Assembly (NCBI GenBank): GCA_035650695.1
Contig: DASRHD010000047.1
Coordinates: forward strand, 1-56,785
Length of the DNA stretch: 56,785 nucleotides
From: Opitutaceae bacterium
GTDB taxonomy: Bacteria > Verrucomicrobiota > Verrucomicrobiia > Opitutales > Opitutaceae
Direction of reading: 5' to 3'
Shown here: positions 30,632-40,012 of the stretch, piece by piece
Position numbering within the stretch: the first letter of the stretch is position 1
Layout of the letters: each line of letters starts with the position of its first letter
Notes under the pieces: generated by a model
Database searches by the model: none
What the model saw: the letters and a program-made list of their open reading frames with translations, nothing else
Told to the model about the DNA's origin: nothing
Program-made: the position numbers and the translations under genes

Positions 30632-30704
30632 AAGTATTTCTTTCGGGCAGGCCGGTCACGCCGGCAAATTACAACCCAAGCGGCTTGGAAAAAACCTTAA
30701 GCTG

Positions 30705-31859
30705 TCAGCAGATGCGGGGCAATTGCTCGCCGCTGAGCCGGTCGAGAATGCGTTCCGCGCCGATCACGCTGCGCAGCGACGCTTCACCGGCGGGCGCAGC
30801 GCGCACGTGGCCAATCAAGGCCGGCGTGCCGCCCGGCGCGGTGCGCCCGAGGATTTCCAGCGCCGCCGCCGCCTGGTCCTGCGGTAGAATGCAGACGAAC
30901 CGTCCTTCATTGGCCACGTAGAGCGGCTCGAAGCCGAGAATTTCGCAGGCCCCACGCACCGCCTCGGTCACCGGCACCTTCTGTTCGTCGATGTTGACAG
31001 CCAGGTTGGCCGCCTCGGCGATTTCCACCAGGGCGGTGGCGAGTCCGCCGCGGGTGAGGTCGCGCAGGCAGTGAATCTGCAACCCGGCCGCGAGCAGGGC
31101 CTGCACCGGCGCGATCAGCGCCGCACAGTCGCTCTCGATCGGGCTTTCAAAAGCCAGCCCTTCACGCGTGGCCATGATGGCCATCCCATGCCGCCCGATA
31201 TCGCCGCTCACCAGCACGGCATCGCCCGGCCGGATGCTGGTCGGCGCGATCGTCAGGGCATGTTCGATCACACCGACACCGGCCGTGGTGATATAAAGTC
31301 CATCGCCCTTGCCGCGCTCAACCACCTTGGTGTCGCCGGTGACAACGCCGACGCCGGCCGCGGCCGCCGCCGCGCTCATCGACGCAGCCACGCGCCGGAG
31401 CGTTTCGAGGGAAAGACCTTCTTCGAGGATGAAGCCTGCGCTCAGCCACAAGGGCCGCGCGCCGCACATGAGCAGATCGTTGACCGTGCCGTTGATTGCG
31501 ACCTTGCCGATGTCGCCGCCGGGAAAAAAAAGGGGACTGACGACATGCGCATCTGTGGTGAAAGCCAGCCGGACGCCGGCCAGTTTCAAAACCGCACCAT
31601 CGTGCTGGCATTCCTGCGCCACATGTGCGAAGGCCGGGCGGAAGATGCCGTCGATCAGCTCCTGGGTCAGCTTCCCCCCGCCGCCGTGGCCGATGGTGAC
31701 CTCGGTCCGCTGGGGCAGGGGAACCGGACATTGCAATACCGGCCGGGCGGACGATGCGGTTCCATGGCTGGCGCTGTAATCGTCGAGACCGGGCGGGAAA
31801 GGCTCGAAATTCAGTGAAAGTCCGGCAATGGGGACGGCTTTTTTTTGCGACGATTTCAT
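30705..31859 (-). CDS. hypE: hydrogenase expression/formation protein HypE (opposite strand to hypABFCD)
   Basis: AIR-synthase-like fold ([37 protein letters not shown]) with the C-terminal PRIC motif. It has ~40 extra N-terminal residues if the first ATG is used. Confidence 0.9.
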   Translation of the reverse strand: MKSSQKKAVPIAGLSLNFEPFPPGLDDYSASHGTASSARPVLQCPVPLPQRTEVTIGHGGGGKLTQELIDGIFRPAFAHVAQECQHDGAVLKLAGVRLAFTTDAHVVSPLFFPGGDIGKVAINGTVNDLLMCGARPLWLSAGFILEEGLSLETLRRVAASMSAAAAAAGVGVVTGDTKVVERGKGDGLYITTAGVGVIEHALTIAPTSIRPGDAVLVSGDIGRHGMAIMATREGLAFESPIESDCAALIAPVQALLAAGLQIHCLRDLTRGGLATALVEIAEAANLAVNIDEQKVPVTEAVRGACEILGFEPLYVANEGRFVCILPQDQAAAALEILGRTAPGGTPALIGHVRAAPAGEASLRSVIGAERILDRLSGEQLPRIC

Positions 31860-31979
31860 GTCCAGCGTTCTCCCTAACTATCGCCGGAACAGGCGCTCGC
31901 GGCTCCGCGCAGATTGCCCAAGTCTGTGCAGTTCTTGCCATCTCCGGCGTAATTGGGAGCCGGTGCGGATGAGAAGGGC

Positions 31980-33962
31980 TTACGGTGCCGGCGTGGGATT
32001 GGTTTTCGGGCGCGGGTTGAAATCGGCCGGCACGGCGTTCGGAATATTCCGGGCGACATCGACCGGCACAATGCCAATTTGCTTCAGGCCATAGATGCTT
32101 TCCGTGCCTTTTTGCGGCAGAACGTTCACGATCTCATCAGGAATGACCGCATATGATGCCGGCAGCGGCGCCACCGAGCCCTTGAGGCGCGCCGGGTCGA
32201 AAGCGCAGAGCAGGTCGCTCACGTCCGGCGTGATGGCATCGTCCGGTCCCCAGTCATCCTGGTCGAACTTCTCCTTTCCCAGCGCGCGGCCTTTTTCCTC
32301 GTCCGGCAGCTGGGCCAGGGGCTTGAGACCGAACACGGTGTCGACAAACTTGACCACCGAGCCGTGGTCTCCGGTTTCGTGCGCGATATGATGAACCCGC
32401 GCATAAGGTGAAATCAGGATCAGTGGAACCCGCGGGCCATCGGCAATCACGCTTCCGTCCGGTCCGCGGGAGCGGATGGGCGGCGGGACGTGATCGTAAT
32501 CGCCCTCGGAGTCGTCCCAGGTGATGATGATGGCGCACTGCGACCAATACTTGCTCCGGGCAATGGCATTGACCGCCCGGGCGACGAGGGCCTCGCTGAT
32601 CTGCGCGTCGGAATATGCCGGATGATCGTCGTCACCGAGAAAATTTTTCTGCACGGCGGGATCGGGGTCGGCCGGCTTCAGGCCAAAGATGTTTTGGTAA
32701 CCGCCCTTGACGAAATAAACTCCGCCGGCGTCCGGAAGCGTCTGGTTTTGGACCGCGGCGAAGAAATCCTCCAGGCCATGGAGGTTGCGGCTCAGCTGGG
32801 GGTTGTTGGCAATGTAGCCGAAGTACTGCGGCCCGTTGTGGTGGGTGATGTAGGAGGCGTGCACGCCGTTGGCGTCGGCCGGACCGTCGTCCGGATCGGT
32901 CGGCTCCTTGTCGTAGCCTTCCTCATACCAACCCCACGGAATTGATTTCTGGCCGTGATGGGCGAGAAAATCGACATCATCCAAAATGTCGGCGAGGTCG
33001 CCCGCCGGATCCCGATCGGCCGCGGTGGTTTCCTTGGCGTCCTTGCCGGTGAGCGAGAGCGGCAGCGTGGCGTAGGTCTGGTTCAACTGCACGCCGTAGG
33101 GCGATGGGCCGGTATAGTCACGGGGATTGGCCGGCAATCTGCCGGCGGCAGATGTCTTGTCCGCCGGCGAACCCCAGAACGGATCGTTGTCGTTCAGCAC
33201 CGGCGAGCCTGGCGTGTGATTGCCATTATCGGTGTATTTTTGTTCCGGATGGAGCGCCTGCTGGGTCTGACCGGACTGCGCCGCGATGATCGAGAGATTT
33301 CCCGGCGTGGAAGGGCCGGTCATAAGCTGAAAAATATGGTCGAAAAGCACGAAGCGGTTCGCATAGCGCCAGAGAAACGGAATGGTGTCGCCGTCTTCGT
33401 AAGCCATGGCGAGTTCGCCCATCTGTTTGGCCTTCAGGCTGGGTGCGGCACCTGAAGTCCAGTACTTGCTTTCCTCGACCTGGGCGAACTTGTCCATTTT
33501 CGCCGCGCCCTTGGCGACGTCCATTTTTGCCACGATGAGCGAATGGGAATGGTCGATGTCATCCGTATCGGCCGCATAATCCTTCGGTCCGATCCGAAAC
33601 GGTTGCAGGGTGGAAGAGGAGCCGTCGGGATTGGTGACGGTCTGATAGAAACCGGGGGTTTTCTCCGACGGCTGGGAGAAAAGCCCGTCGGCCCCGGGGA
33701 AGGTGCCAAAATAGGAATCGAACGAACGATTTTCCTGATAGAGCACGAACACGTACTTGATGCGGCGGCGCACCCATTCGATCCGCCGTTCGTTGGAAAA
33801 TTTCGGTTCACTCGCCTCGGGCACAAGAAACTGCGGCACCGCCGGATCGCCTGGCGTACCGCCTTCGTCACGGCTGGCGAGTGTTTCCGCCACCGCGGCT
33901 GCGCCGGCCACCACGGCAACCGCGACGGCGGCATGGAGAAGGAATTTCGACGCTGGCGTCAT
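31980..33962 (-). CDS. secreted phosphoesterase-family protein (PlcN/AcpA-type phospholipase C / acid phosphatase)
   Basis: Signal peptide. YVFVLYQENRSFDSYFGTFPGADG motif of the phosphoesterase family (PF04185-type). 660 aa. Confidence 0.8.
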   Translation of the reverse strand: MTPASKFLLHAAVAVAVVAGAAAVAETLASRDEGGTPGDPAVPQFLVPEASEPKFSNERRIEWVRRRIKYVFVLYQENRSFDSYFGTFPGADGLFSQPSEKTPGFYQTVTNPDGSSSTLQPFRIGPKDYAADTDDIDHSHSLIVAKMDVAKGAAKMDKFAQVEESKYWTSGAAPSLKAKQMGELAMAYEDGDTIPFLWRYANRFVLFDHIFQLMTGPSTPGNLSIIAAQSGQTQQALHPEQKYTDNGNHTPGSPVLNDNDPFWGSPADKTSAAGRLPANPRDYTGPSPYGVQLNQTYATLPLSLTGKDAKETTAADRDPAGDLADILDDVDFLAHHGQKSIPWGWYEEGYDKEPTDPDDGPADANGVHASYITHHNGPQYFGYIANNPQLSRNLHGLEDFFAAVQNQTLPDAGGVYFVKGGYQNIFGLKPADPDPAVQKNFLGDDDHPAYSDAQISEALVARAVNAIARSKYWSQCAIIITWDDSEGDYDHVPPPIRSRGPDGSVIADGPRVPLILISPYARVHHIAHETGDHGSVVKFVDTVFGLKPLAQLPDEEKGRALGKEKFDQDDWGPDDAITPDVSDLLCAFDPARLKGSVAPLPASYAVIPDEIVNVLPQKGTESIYGLKQIGIVPVDVARNIPNAVPADFNPRPKTNPTPAP

Positions 33963-34144
33963 GACTCGTATCGGGACGAATCAGGCAGACCGCGGCGAAA
34001 ATTGCAGCCCCGAAGAGGTTACATTTGGGGAACAAATTCGCTTCCCCTGCGGCAAGCCGTCCATCGGGAGAATGACCGGCGGCGGGGACATCGGCCTCCA
34101 CTCTCCCGCCGCCTGGGGCCCCAACCGGCTCCGGCGGGCACCGC

Positions 34145-36421
34145 CTAAGCCCGGCGACGCTTTCGCCGCAAAATGCCGGCCGCCGCGAGCACCCCAAGAA
34201 ACCAACTGTCGAAGGCACCCCCACCCGAGCCGCCGCCACCGCCGCCAGTTTGATTTGCGCTGTTGGAGACGGATGACGTCGAAGGGGCCGGGTTGGTGCT
34301 GTTGTTGCCTTGCAGGGCTGGCTGCGCGCTCGGAATCGAAATCCGGCTGGTGAAAGACGTGGCGTCGAAGTCGATGCTGTGTCCGGCGGCCTCGATTGCA
34401 AAGTCGATGTTGTCGCCATGGTTGATCGTGATGTTTGACACCGCATAGTTCACCGTCGCGCCGGCGGAGATCGCTTGGTGATAAACTTCCGTTCCGTTGA
34501 TCAGAATATGAGCGACGACGCCGGCGCTGCCCGCACCGGGCCCGTTGATCGTGCCACTGAGCGTGGCGGTCCCGGCCGCGCTGCTCCGCCAGCGGCGGAC
34601 GACCCAGATGTCGCTGGTGGCATCGGCATACGGATGCATCGTCTCAGCCTGAATGTAGGGATAGCCCGAACCCCAGCCCATCGGGCCGCCCTGCCAGAAA
34701 TCCCAACCCAAGGGGACGAACGAGGCCGGATTGTAGGGGCCGCCGACCGTGGCGGACCCGTAATACCAGCCGTCCGTACCCTGCACCCGGGCGTAACTTG
34801 CCACTGAATCGGCCACAACGGTGTTCGACGCTTCGCCAAAATCGCTGGCCGGTGCGCCCCGCACCGTGACATAGACCGGATCGAGCGACAGCGGCACGCT
34901 GATCTCACCGTTGCTGGCGTGGAGGACGGTGTCGTTGCCCATGACATCGGTCAACGTCGCGGAAGCCGTTGGGAGGGTGAAGGTGACGGTGGTGGGCGCG
35001 GCAGATTTTGCAGCGCCGGCCCAACAGACGTAAGTATGGTCGCCGCTCCGTGAATTGGTGTAGGAATAGATGTGCGTCGTGGGGGCCAACCCGTGCCCCG
35101 TGATGCGGCCGTCGGCGCTGGAATTATACAGTTTGTCGATCAACCAGGCGTAGGCTGGATAGGCGGGATTCGGCAAATAGTCGCCCTGGACCGGGTCTGC
35201 CGCGCCGACCAAGCCCATGTAAGGCGTGACCGAATCGTCCTGCATGCAATAATAATACATCCGCGACACGCCGCTGGCCTGCATCATCACGACCATGCGA
35301 ACCAGATAAGAGACCTGATCGAAAGTGTCGGCCGTGCTCGCGGCATCCATCCCGAATTCGGTCGCCCAGATCGGCTTGGGCGTTCCGCCATTTCCGGCCT
35401 TGATGACGTCCTGCAATGCGGCGAGATCGACGTCCACTCCTTCCGGTATCGTCCGGTAGGGATGGACCGAAATCACATCGAAGTAGGGGTTCGCGCCCTG
35501 ATTGATGATCGATTGGACAAAACCCTGGTCGACCGGAACAACCGCGCCGGCCACAACCTGGACGTCGGGATGATTCGGTTTGATCGCATTCCACACGCTC
35601 TGCAGCATGCGTGTATAGTAAAGCGGCTTGTTGCCGGTGGCGGGCCCGGCGATAAAGGTGCCTCCGTTATATTCGTCCCACACTTCCACCTGTTTGACGC
35701 GATTGAGCGAGGCGTTGTGCTCAATGACGCTAAGGGCATAACTTCCATAACCGGCGAGACCGGCGGTGGTGTAGGGACCGGTAAAGATCCCGGCGCTCCA
35801 GTCATAGTGGGAATTCGCCCAATCAAGGGTGAGCAGCGGCTGGAGGCCGGCCGTCGCCGTCGCCTGCATGTAATCGATGTAGCTCGGCGGATAATTGTAA
35901 ATGCCGGTCAGCGTTTCCACCTGATCCCAGTACTGCTCATCGCGAAACTGCACAATGCCTGCCTTGAGCATGAGCTGGGTGATTTCCAACGGCGTGAATT
36001 GCGCAAAATGGGTCTGCACCCCAAAAGGCGAATCGGTCCGATCGGCGACCGGAGGCAGAATGGCGAAAGCTGTCGCCAGGGTCGCCATGGTGGCGTTGCC
36101 CTTCGCCTCCGTGAGGTTCAGGCCAAAATAGCCGACTTCGCCGGCGGTGGATGGATGCAGGAGGATGGTGCTTCCACCCAGGCCGGTGCTGCCGGTGGAA
36201 ACCTGCCGGCCAAAATAATCCACCACGGTCCAGGAGAGAATCGTGCTTCCGGAATCGATCGTGACAGGAATGGTCAACGTTTCGCCGGCGGAAAATACAT
36301 TTCCAAGATTGCTCGGGACGACGGCGAGCGCGTGAAGCCGGGAACAGAGGGCAAATAATGCGACCAGGCTGAGAAAAAATTTTACGGCGCGAGGAGAATG
36401 CGGTGGCGGGCGGTCTGACAT
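34145..36421 (-). CDS. secreted clan GH-A (TIM-barrel) glycoside hydrolase with beta-sandwich region and C-terminal sorting tail
   Basis: Signal peptide. Acid/base-type motif VEVWDEYNG and nucleophile-type motif IWATEFG. The C-terminus is GGGGGGSGGGAFDSWFLGVLAAAGILRRKRRRA (Gly-rich stretch, hydrophobic helix, poly-basic end). Confidence 0.7.
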   Translation of the reverse strand: MSDRPPPHSPRAVKFFLSLVALFALCSRLHALAVVPSNLGNVFSAGETLTIPVTIDSGSTILSWTVVDYFGRQVSTGSTGLGGSTILLHPSTAGEVGYFGLNLTEAKGNATMATLATAFAILPPVADRTDSPFGVQTHFAQFTPLEITQLMLKAGIVQFRDEQYWDQVETLTGIYNYPPSYIDYMQATATAGLQPLLTLDWANSHYDWSAGIFTGPYTTAGLAGYGSYALSVIEHNASLNRVKQVEVWDEYNGGTFIAGPATGNKPLYYTRMLQSVWNAIKPNHPDVQVVAGAVVPVDQGFVQSIINQGANPYFDVISVHPYRTIPEGVDVDLAALQDVIKAGNGGTPKPIWATEFGMDAASTADTFDQVSYLVRMVVMMQASGVSRMYYYCMQDDSVTPYMGLVGAADPVQGDYLPNPAYPAYAWLIDKLYNSSADGRITGHGLAPTTHIYSYTNSRSGDHTYVCWAGAAKSAAPTTVTFTLPTASATLTDVMGNDTVLHASNGEISVPLSLDPVYVTVRGAPASDFGEASNTVVADSVASYARVQGTDGWYYGSATVGGPYNPASFVPLGWDFWQGGPMGWGSGYPYIQAETMHPYADATSDIWVVRRWRSSAAGTATLSGTINGPGAGSAGVVAHILINGTEVYHQAISAGATVNYAVSNITINHGDNIDFAIEAAGHSIDFDATSFTSRISIPSAQPALQGNNSTNPAPSTSSVSNSANQTGGGGGGSGGGAFDSWFLGVLAAAGILRRKRRRA

Positions 36422-36681
36422 GGGATTGACTGCCGGGAAGCCCGTCGCCGGAAGGAATTATCGAGCGCGAACCGTGGCGGTAACAGCCCCTTGCATCGGC
36501 CTTACTTCTTCACGCTTGAGCGGATTTTTTTATTGCCTTTGGCGATGAGGCGCGGACCGCCGAAATCCCCCGCATTTTGCATGTCGGGTTAAATGCAAGA
36601 ATCCGCCGCCCGGGCATCGGCACGGACCGTCTGGGCCGGCGGGACGCGAGCGTGGTAATACCTGAAAATTATGAAGAGCCA

Positions 36682-36699
36682 CCGAGCTCTAAAGCTCGG
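36682..36699 (-). terminator. hairpin about 75 nt after the last gene of the ADOP block (weak terminator candidate)
   Basis: CCGAGCT-CTAA-AGCTCGG, a perfect 7-bp stem. On the minus strand it is followed by TGGCTCTTCATAATTTTC, which is T-rich but interrupted. Confidence 0.3.
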
Positions 36700-36774
36700 C
36701 AAGGGCCTGTCGATGACCAAGCGTCGTCTTGATCTCCCTTCCGAACCCAAATCATACCTTTTGCAGAAGGTCGT

Positions 36775-37467
36775 TCACGGTGGCGCCACCGGAGTGATTT
36801 TGAGATTGGCGAAGTCGCCGCCGGCAATGTCGACCCAGAGGCCGATCCAGCCGCGTCTGTGATCGTTCAACTGATCCACCACGAGGCTCGGATCCCTGGC
36901 GCCGTCGACAAACACAGAGACCTTCGGCCAGGCGACGACAATCCGGGCGTGGAACCAGCCGTCGGGATCGGGTGCAGGCACGATCGGTTTCTCGTACTCT
37001 CCGGGATGCTCGGTGCGGAGTTTTTTCCAGCCGTAGGCGGGATGCGAAACGTACTGGACGGCATGTAACCGACGCTCCGGATCGGCGGCCTGGAAATTAA
37101 ACGGCCGGAAATAAATTACATCGTAATTTGTGTCATCCATGCCGTGAAAGGCGACGCCGAGGAAACTGCGCTGGACCACGTTCTGGCCCCGGGCGTCGAA
37201 CTCGATCACGCCGTCGTCGAAGGTGACGTTTTCCAGCCGGGCGATCCCGGTGCTGCCGTTGTTGTTGTCGAAATGAACCGCCGGCTTTCCGTCCTTTTCG
37301 ATGGCCGTCACGGTGCAATTGGCGACCTTCCAGCCCTGGCCGGCAACGAGTCCTGCGAGGTCGGGTTCGATGGGCGTTGGCTGGGCGGAAGCGAGGCTGG
37401 TCGCGATGAACCACGCGCAGACCGCAACGGCCGGGGCGCGGAAGTGGAGAAACGGGAGGGTTTTCAT
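36775..37467 (-). CDS. secreted concanavalin-like (DUF1080 / 3-keto-disaccharide hydrolase-like) protein
   Basis: Signal peptide MKTLPFLHFRAPAVAVCAWFIATSLASA and a jelly-roll-like pattern (GWFHARIVVAWPKVSVFVDG...GWIGLWVDIAGGDFANLKI). Start set at ATG 37467. 11 nt after the ADOP-1 stop. Confidence 0.6.
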   Translation of the reverse strand: MKTLPFLHFRAPAVAVCAWFIATSLASAQPTPIEPDLAGLVAGQGWKVANCTVTAIEKDGKPAVHFDNNNGSTGIARLENVTFDDGVIEFDARGQNVVQRSFLGVAFHGMDDTNYDVIYFRPFNFQAADPERRLHAVQYVSHPAYGWKKLRTEHPGEYEKPIVPAPDPDGWFHARIVVAWPKVSVFVDGARDPSLVVDQLNDHRRGWIGLWVDIAGGDFANLKITPVAPP

Positions 37468-37478
37468 GGTGAAAAAGA

Positions 37479-39893
37479 TTATTCGGCGCGAAGGGCCTCG
37501 ACGGGATTGACGCGCGTCGCGCGGTGGGCGGGCAGCCAGCAGGCGAGCAGCATCGTGCCGGTCAGCACGGCGATGTTGGTGGCGAGCAGCCACAGCCCGG
37601 GCAGCGGCACCTCCGGAATCGTGCGCTGCACAAAAATATTCAATGCCAGGAAGGCCGGCACGCCAAGCGCGACGCCGATGACGAGCAGTCGGACACCCTC
37701 GCCGAGCACCATCCCCATGATGTCGCGATAGTGCGCCCCCAGGGCGATCCTCACGCCGATGTCGCGCGTGCGCTGGATGGCCAGCTGTGAGATCACGCCG
37801 AACAGGCCGATCGCGGCGATCAGCAGCCCCATGGTCGCGGAAATCCCGAGATTGATGGTCATCAGATTGACGTTGGAAAGCATACGGTCGATTTCGGCGC
37901 GGAGCGAACCTGCGCGAGCCACAGGCAGGTCCGCATCAAGCGCGGCCACCGCCTGCCTCACCGCCGGGGCAAGCATCTCTGGCGACATGTCGGCGCGCAG
38001 GGCGATCGTGAAGTAGTTGGGGGAGGTCTGGACGAGCGGCCGGTAAAGCTGCAGGCGGGTCTCCGGCTCATCGGCCCGCACCGCCATGCGCACGTTGCCC
38101 ACTACTCCGACGATCTGCATCCATCTTTCCCTGTCGGCAAAACGCACCCGCCGGCCAATCGGATTCTCACCGGGCCAGAACCGTTGGGCGAACGCTTCGT
38201 TGACGATCGCGACGGGTGGATCATCCGCTTTTAGGGCCGTGGAAAAGAGCGCGCCCTGCTTGAGGGAAATCTGCAACGCGGCAAAAAAGTCAGATGAGAC
38301 CGAGCCACTTTCCGCGATCGGTTCACGCCCACGTTCCGGCGCCGGCTGGCCTTCGACGATCAAAGGGCGCGCGCCGCCAATCGCATAAACCGGCAGATTT
38401 GTGGAGAGCGCGGCGTGTTTCACGCCGGGGATGGCGGCCAGACGGTCGAGAACTGCGCGCTGGAAGTCGCGCCGGCGGGCGTCGTCCGGATAGCGGTTCA
38501 TGGGCAGGACCACGTAACCGGCAAAAAGGCCGTCGGGCTGCCAGCCGAGTGGGCGGTGGGAAAACAATTTTGCGCCGACGCCGAACGAAGCGGCAATGCC
38601 GACCAGCGCGAGGGCGAGGGCCAGCTCGCCGACGATCAAGATGCATTTCAGCCGCTGGTGCGAGCGGCTGGCGGTGGCCGAGCGCGAGCCCTCCTTCAGG
38701 GCTTCCGCTGCACGAGCGCCCGCCGCAAGCCAGGCGGGCGCGAGCCCGAACGCCAGGCCGCTTAACAGCGAACTGAGAAGCGCGAACACGACGACGCGCC
38801 AGTCGAGGGGCAGCGAAAATCCGGCTTCATTGTTGATGATGAGGAAGCGGCCGACGGCGTTGTTTGACCACGAGGCGACGAGCAGACCGAGCGAGCCGCC
38901 GATAAGCGCCAAGACCATGCTTTCGGCCAGCAGCGGCCCCATCAACTGCCGCCGGTTTCCGCCGAGCGCGGCGCGCACGGCGAAGTCGCGACTGCGTCCG
39001 AGCGCGCGTGCGACCTGCAGGCTGGCCAGATTGGCGCACGCGATGAGTAGCATGGTGAGGGAAAGCCCGGTCATCAGCCACGTCAGGCTGCGGCTGGTTC
39101 CATCCAGGTTTGAGTCATGCAACTTAACCACGCGCAGTCCGTCGCCGCCGTTTTCCTTCGGGTACTCCTTCGCGAGCCGGGTTGCGATGGTCCCGAGTTC
39201 GGCTTGCGCCTGGTGGAGGCTGACGCCGGGCTTGAGCCGAGCGACGCAGTGCAGGAAGGCGTTGGTGCGCTGCGTCCGAAAACCGGGGAACTGGATCTGC
39301 GGAATGATGAATTCCGACGGTCCCCACACGAGCGGTGCCTCGAATGCGGGCGGCAGCACGCCGATGATGGTGAACGGCTGGCTGTTCAGCCGCACCGTCC
39401 GGCCGATCACGCCCGGATCGCCGCCGTAGCGACGCATCCACGCGCGGTGGGTGATGACGGCGATCCGGCCCTTGTCCGGCTGATCATCGCCCGCCGCGAA
39501 GCCGCGGCCTAGGGCTGGTTGCACGCGGAGCACATTGAAAAAGTCCGCGGTCACCGCGAGGCCGGAGACTTGTTCGGCCGACTGGCCCGGTTCACCGAGC
39601 GCGTAATTGTCCTCGTTGTAGAGGGCGAACCCGCTGAACGAGGCGGCTGTTTCGCCGATCTCCATGATGTTTCCCGGCGCATGCGGGCGGGTGAGCGACT
39701 GGCGCGAAGTGCGAAAAACGCGCACGAGACGTCCGCTCTCGGGATAGGGCACGTCGCGCAGCAGAAACGCATTTGTGGTGCTGAAGGTCGAGGTGCTGAA
39801 ACCGATGCCGAGCGCGAGGGTGAGCACGGCGACGGTGGTGAAGCCGGGCGATTTGGCGAGCTGGCGGAAGGCGTATTTGAGGTCGGAGAGCAT
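37479..39893 (-). CDS. ADOP-type duplicated FtsX/MacB-like ABC permease (ADOP-1; last in transcription order)
   Basis: 804 aa. N-terminus [19 protein letters not shown]. Two FtsX TM2-4 blocks (LLIACANLASLQVARALGRSRDFAVRAALGG... and IQRTRDIGVRIALGAHYRDIMGMVLGEG...). C-terminus RVNPVEALRAE. Confidence 0.9.
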   Translation of the reverse strand: MLSDLKYAFRQLAKSPGFTTVAVLTLALGIGFSTSTFSTTNAFLLRDVPYPESGRLVRVFRTSRQSLTRPHAPGNIMEIGETAASFSGFALYNEDNYALGEPGQSAEQVSGLAVTADFFNVLRVQPALGRGFAAGDDQPDKGRIAVITHRAWMRRYGGDPGVIGRTVRLNSQPFTIIGVLPPAFEAPLVWGPSEFIIPQIQFPGFRTQRTNAFLHCVARLKPGVSLHQAQAELGTIATRLAKEYPKENGGDGLRVVKLHDSNLDGTSRSLTWLMTGLSLTMLLIACANLASLQVARALGRSRDFAVRAALGGNRRQLMGPLLAESMVLALIGGSLGLLVASWSNNAVGRFLIINNEAGFSLPLDWRVVVFALLSSLLSGLAFGLAPAWLAAGARAAEALKEGSRSATASRSHQRLKCILIVGELALALALVGIAASFGVGAKLFSHRPLGWQPDGLFAGYVVLPMNRYPDDARRRDFQRAVLDRLAAIPGVKHAALSTNLPVYAIGGARPLIVEGQPAPERGREPIAESGSVSSDFFAALQISLKQGALFSTALKADDPPVAIVNEAFAQRFWPGENPIGRRVRFADRERWMQIVGVVGNVRMAVRADEPETRLQLYRPLVQTSPNYFTIALRADMSPEMLAPAVRQAVAALDADLPVARAGSLRAEIDRMLSNVNLMTINLGISATMGLLIAAIGLFGVISQLAIQRTRDIGVRIALGAHYRDIMGMVLGEGVRLLVIGVALGVPAFLALNIFVQRTIPEVPLPGLWLLATNIAVLTGTMLLACWLPAHRATRVNPVEALRAE

Positions 39894-40012
39894 GGGAAAA
39901 AGTTGGGAGTCGGGAGCTGAGAGTTGAGAGCCGGAGGGAGGAAAACAGAGGTCGGAAGTCAGTGGTCAGATGCCAGACGGTGAAGTGGATTCGGTGGTTT
40001 GAACTTCAACCG
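39894..40012 (-). repeat. conserved ADOP intercistronic element, copy A (119 nt; 48-nt core 39965-40012)
   Basis: Plus-strand core GTCAGATGCCAGACGGTGAAGTGGATTCGGTGGTTTGAACTTCAACCG abuts the ADOP-2 stop. The remainder is a purine-rich tract on plus (pyrimidine-rich in the mRNA) ending GGGAAAAA next to the ADOP-1 ATG. Confidence 0.85.

Noticed and set aside
30632-31979. Inverted repeats flanking hypE that could have mediated its inversion
   Set aside because: Only trivial short matches (CCGGC plus AATTAC-type hexamers) are present in the two flanks. Nothing convincing.
36671-36862. 63-aa plus-strand ORF in and beyond the gap between the DUF1080-like gene and the glycosidase gene
   Set aside because: It is short, overlaps the 3' end of the DUF1080-like gene antisense, contains the hairpin region, and has no recognisable features. 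Probably non-coding.
37468-37593. Upstream extension of the DUF1080-like ORF
   Set aside because: It overlaps the 3' end of ADOP-1 and is Arg-rich. The internal ATG at 37467 gives a canonical signal peptide.
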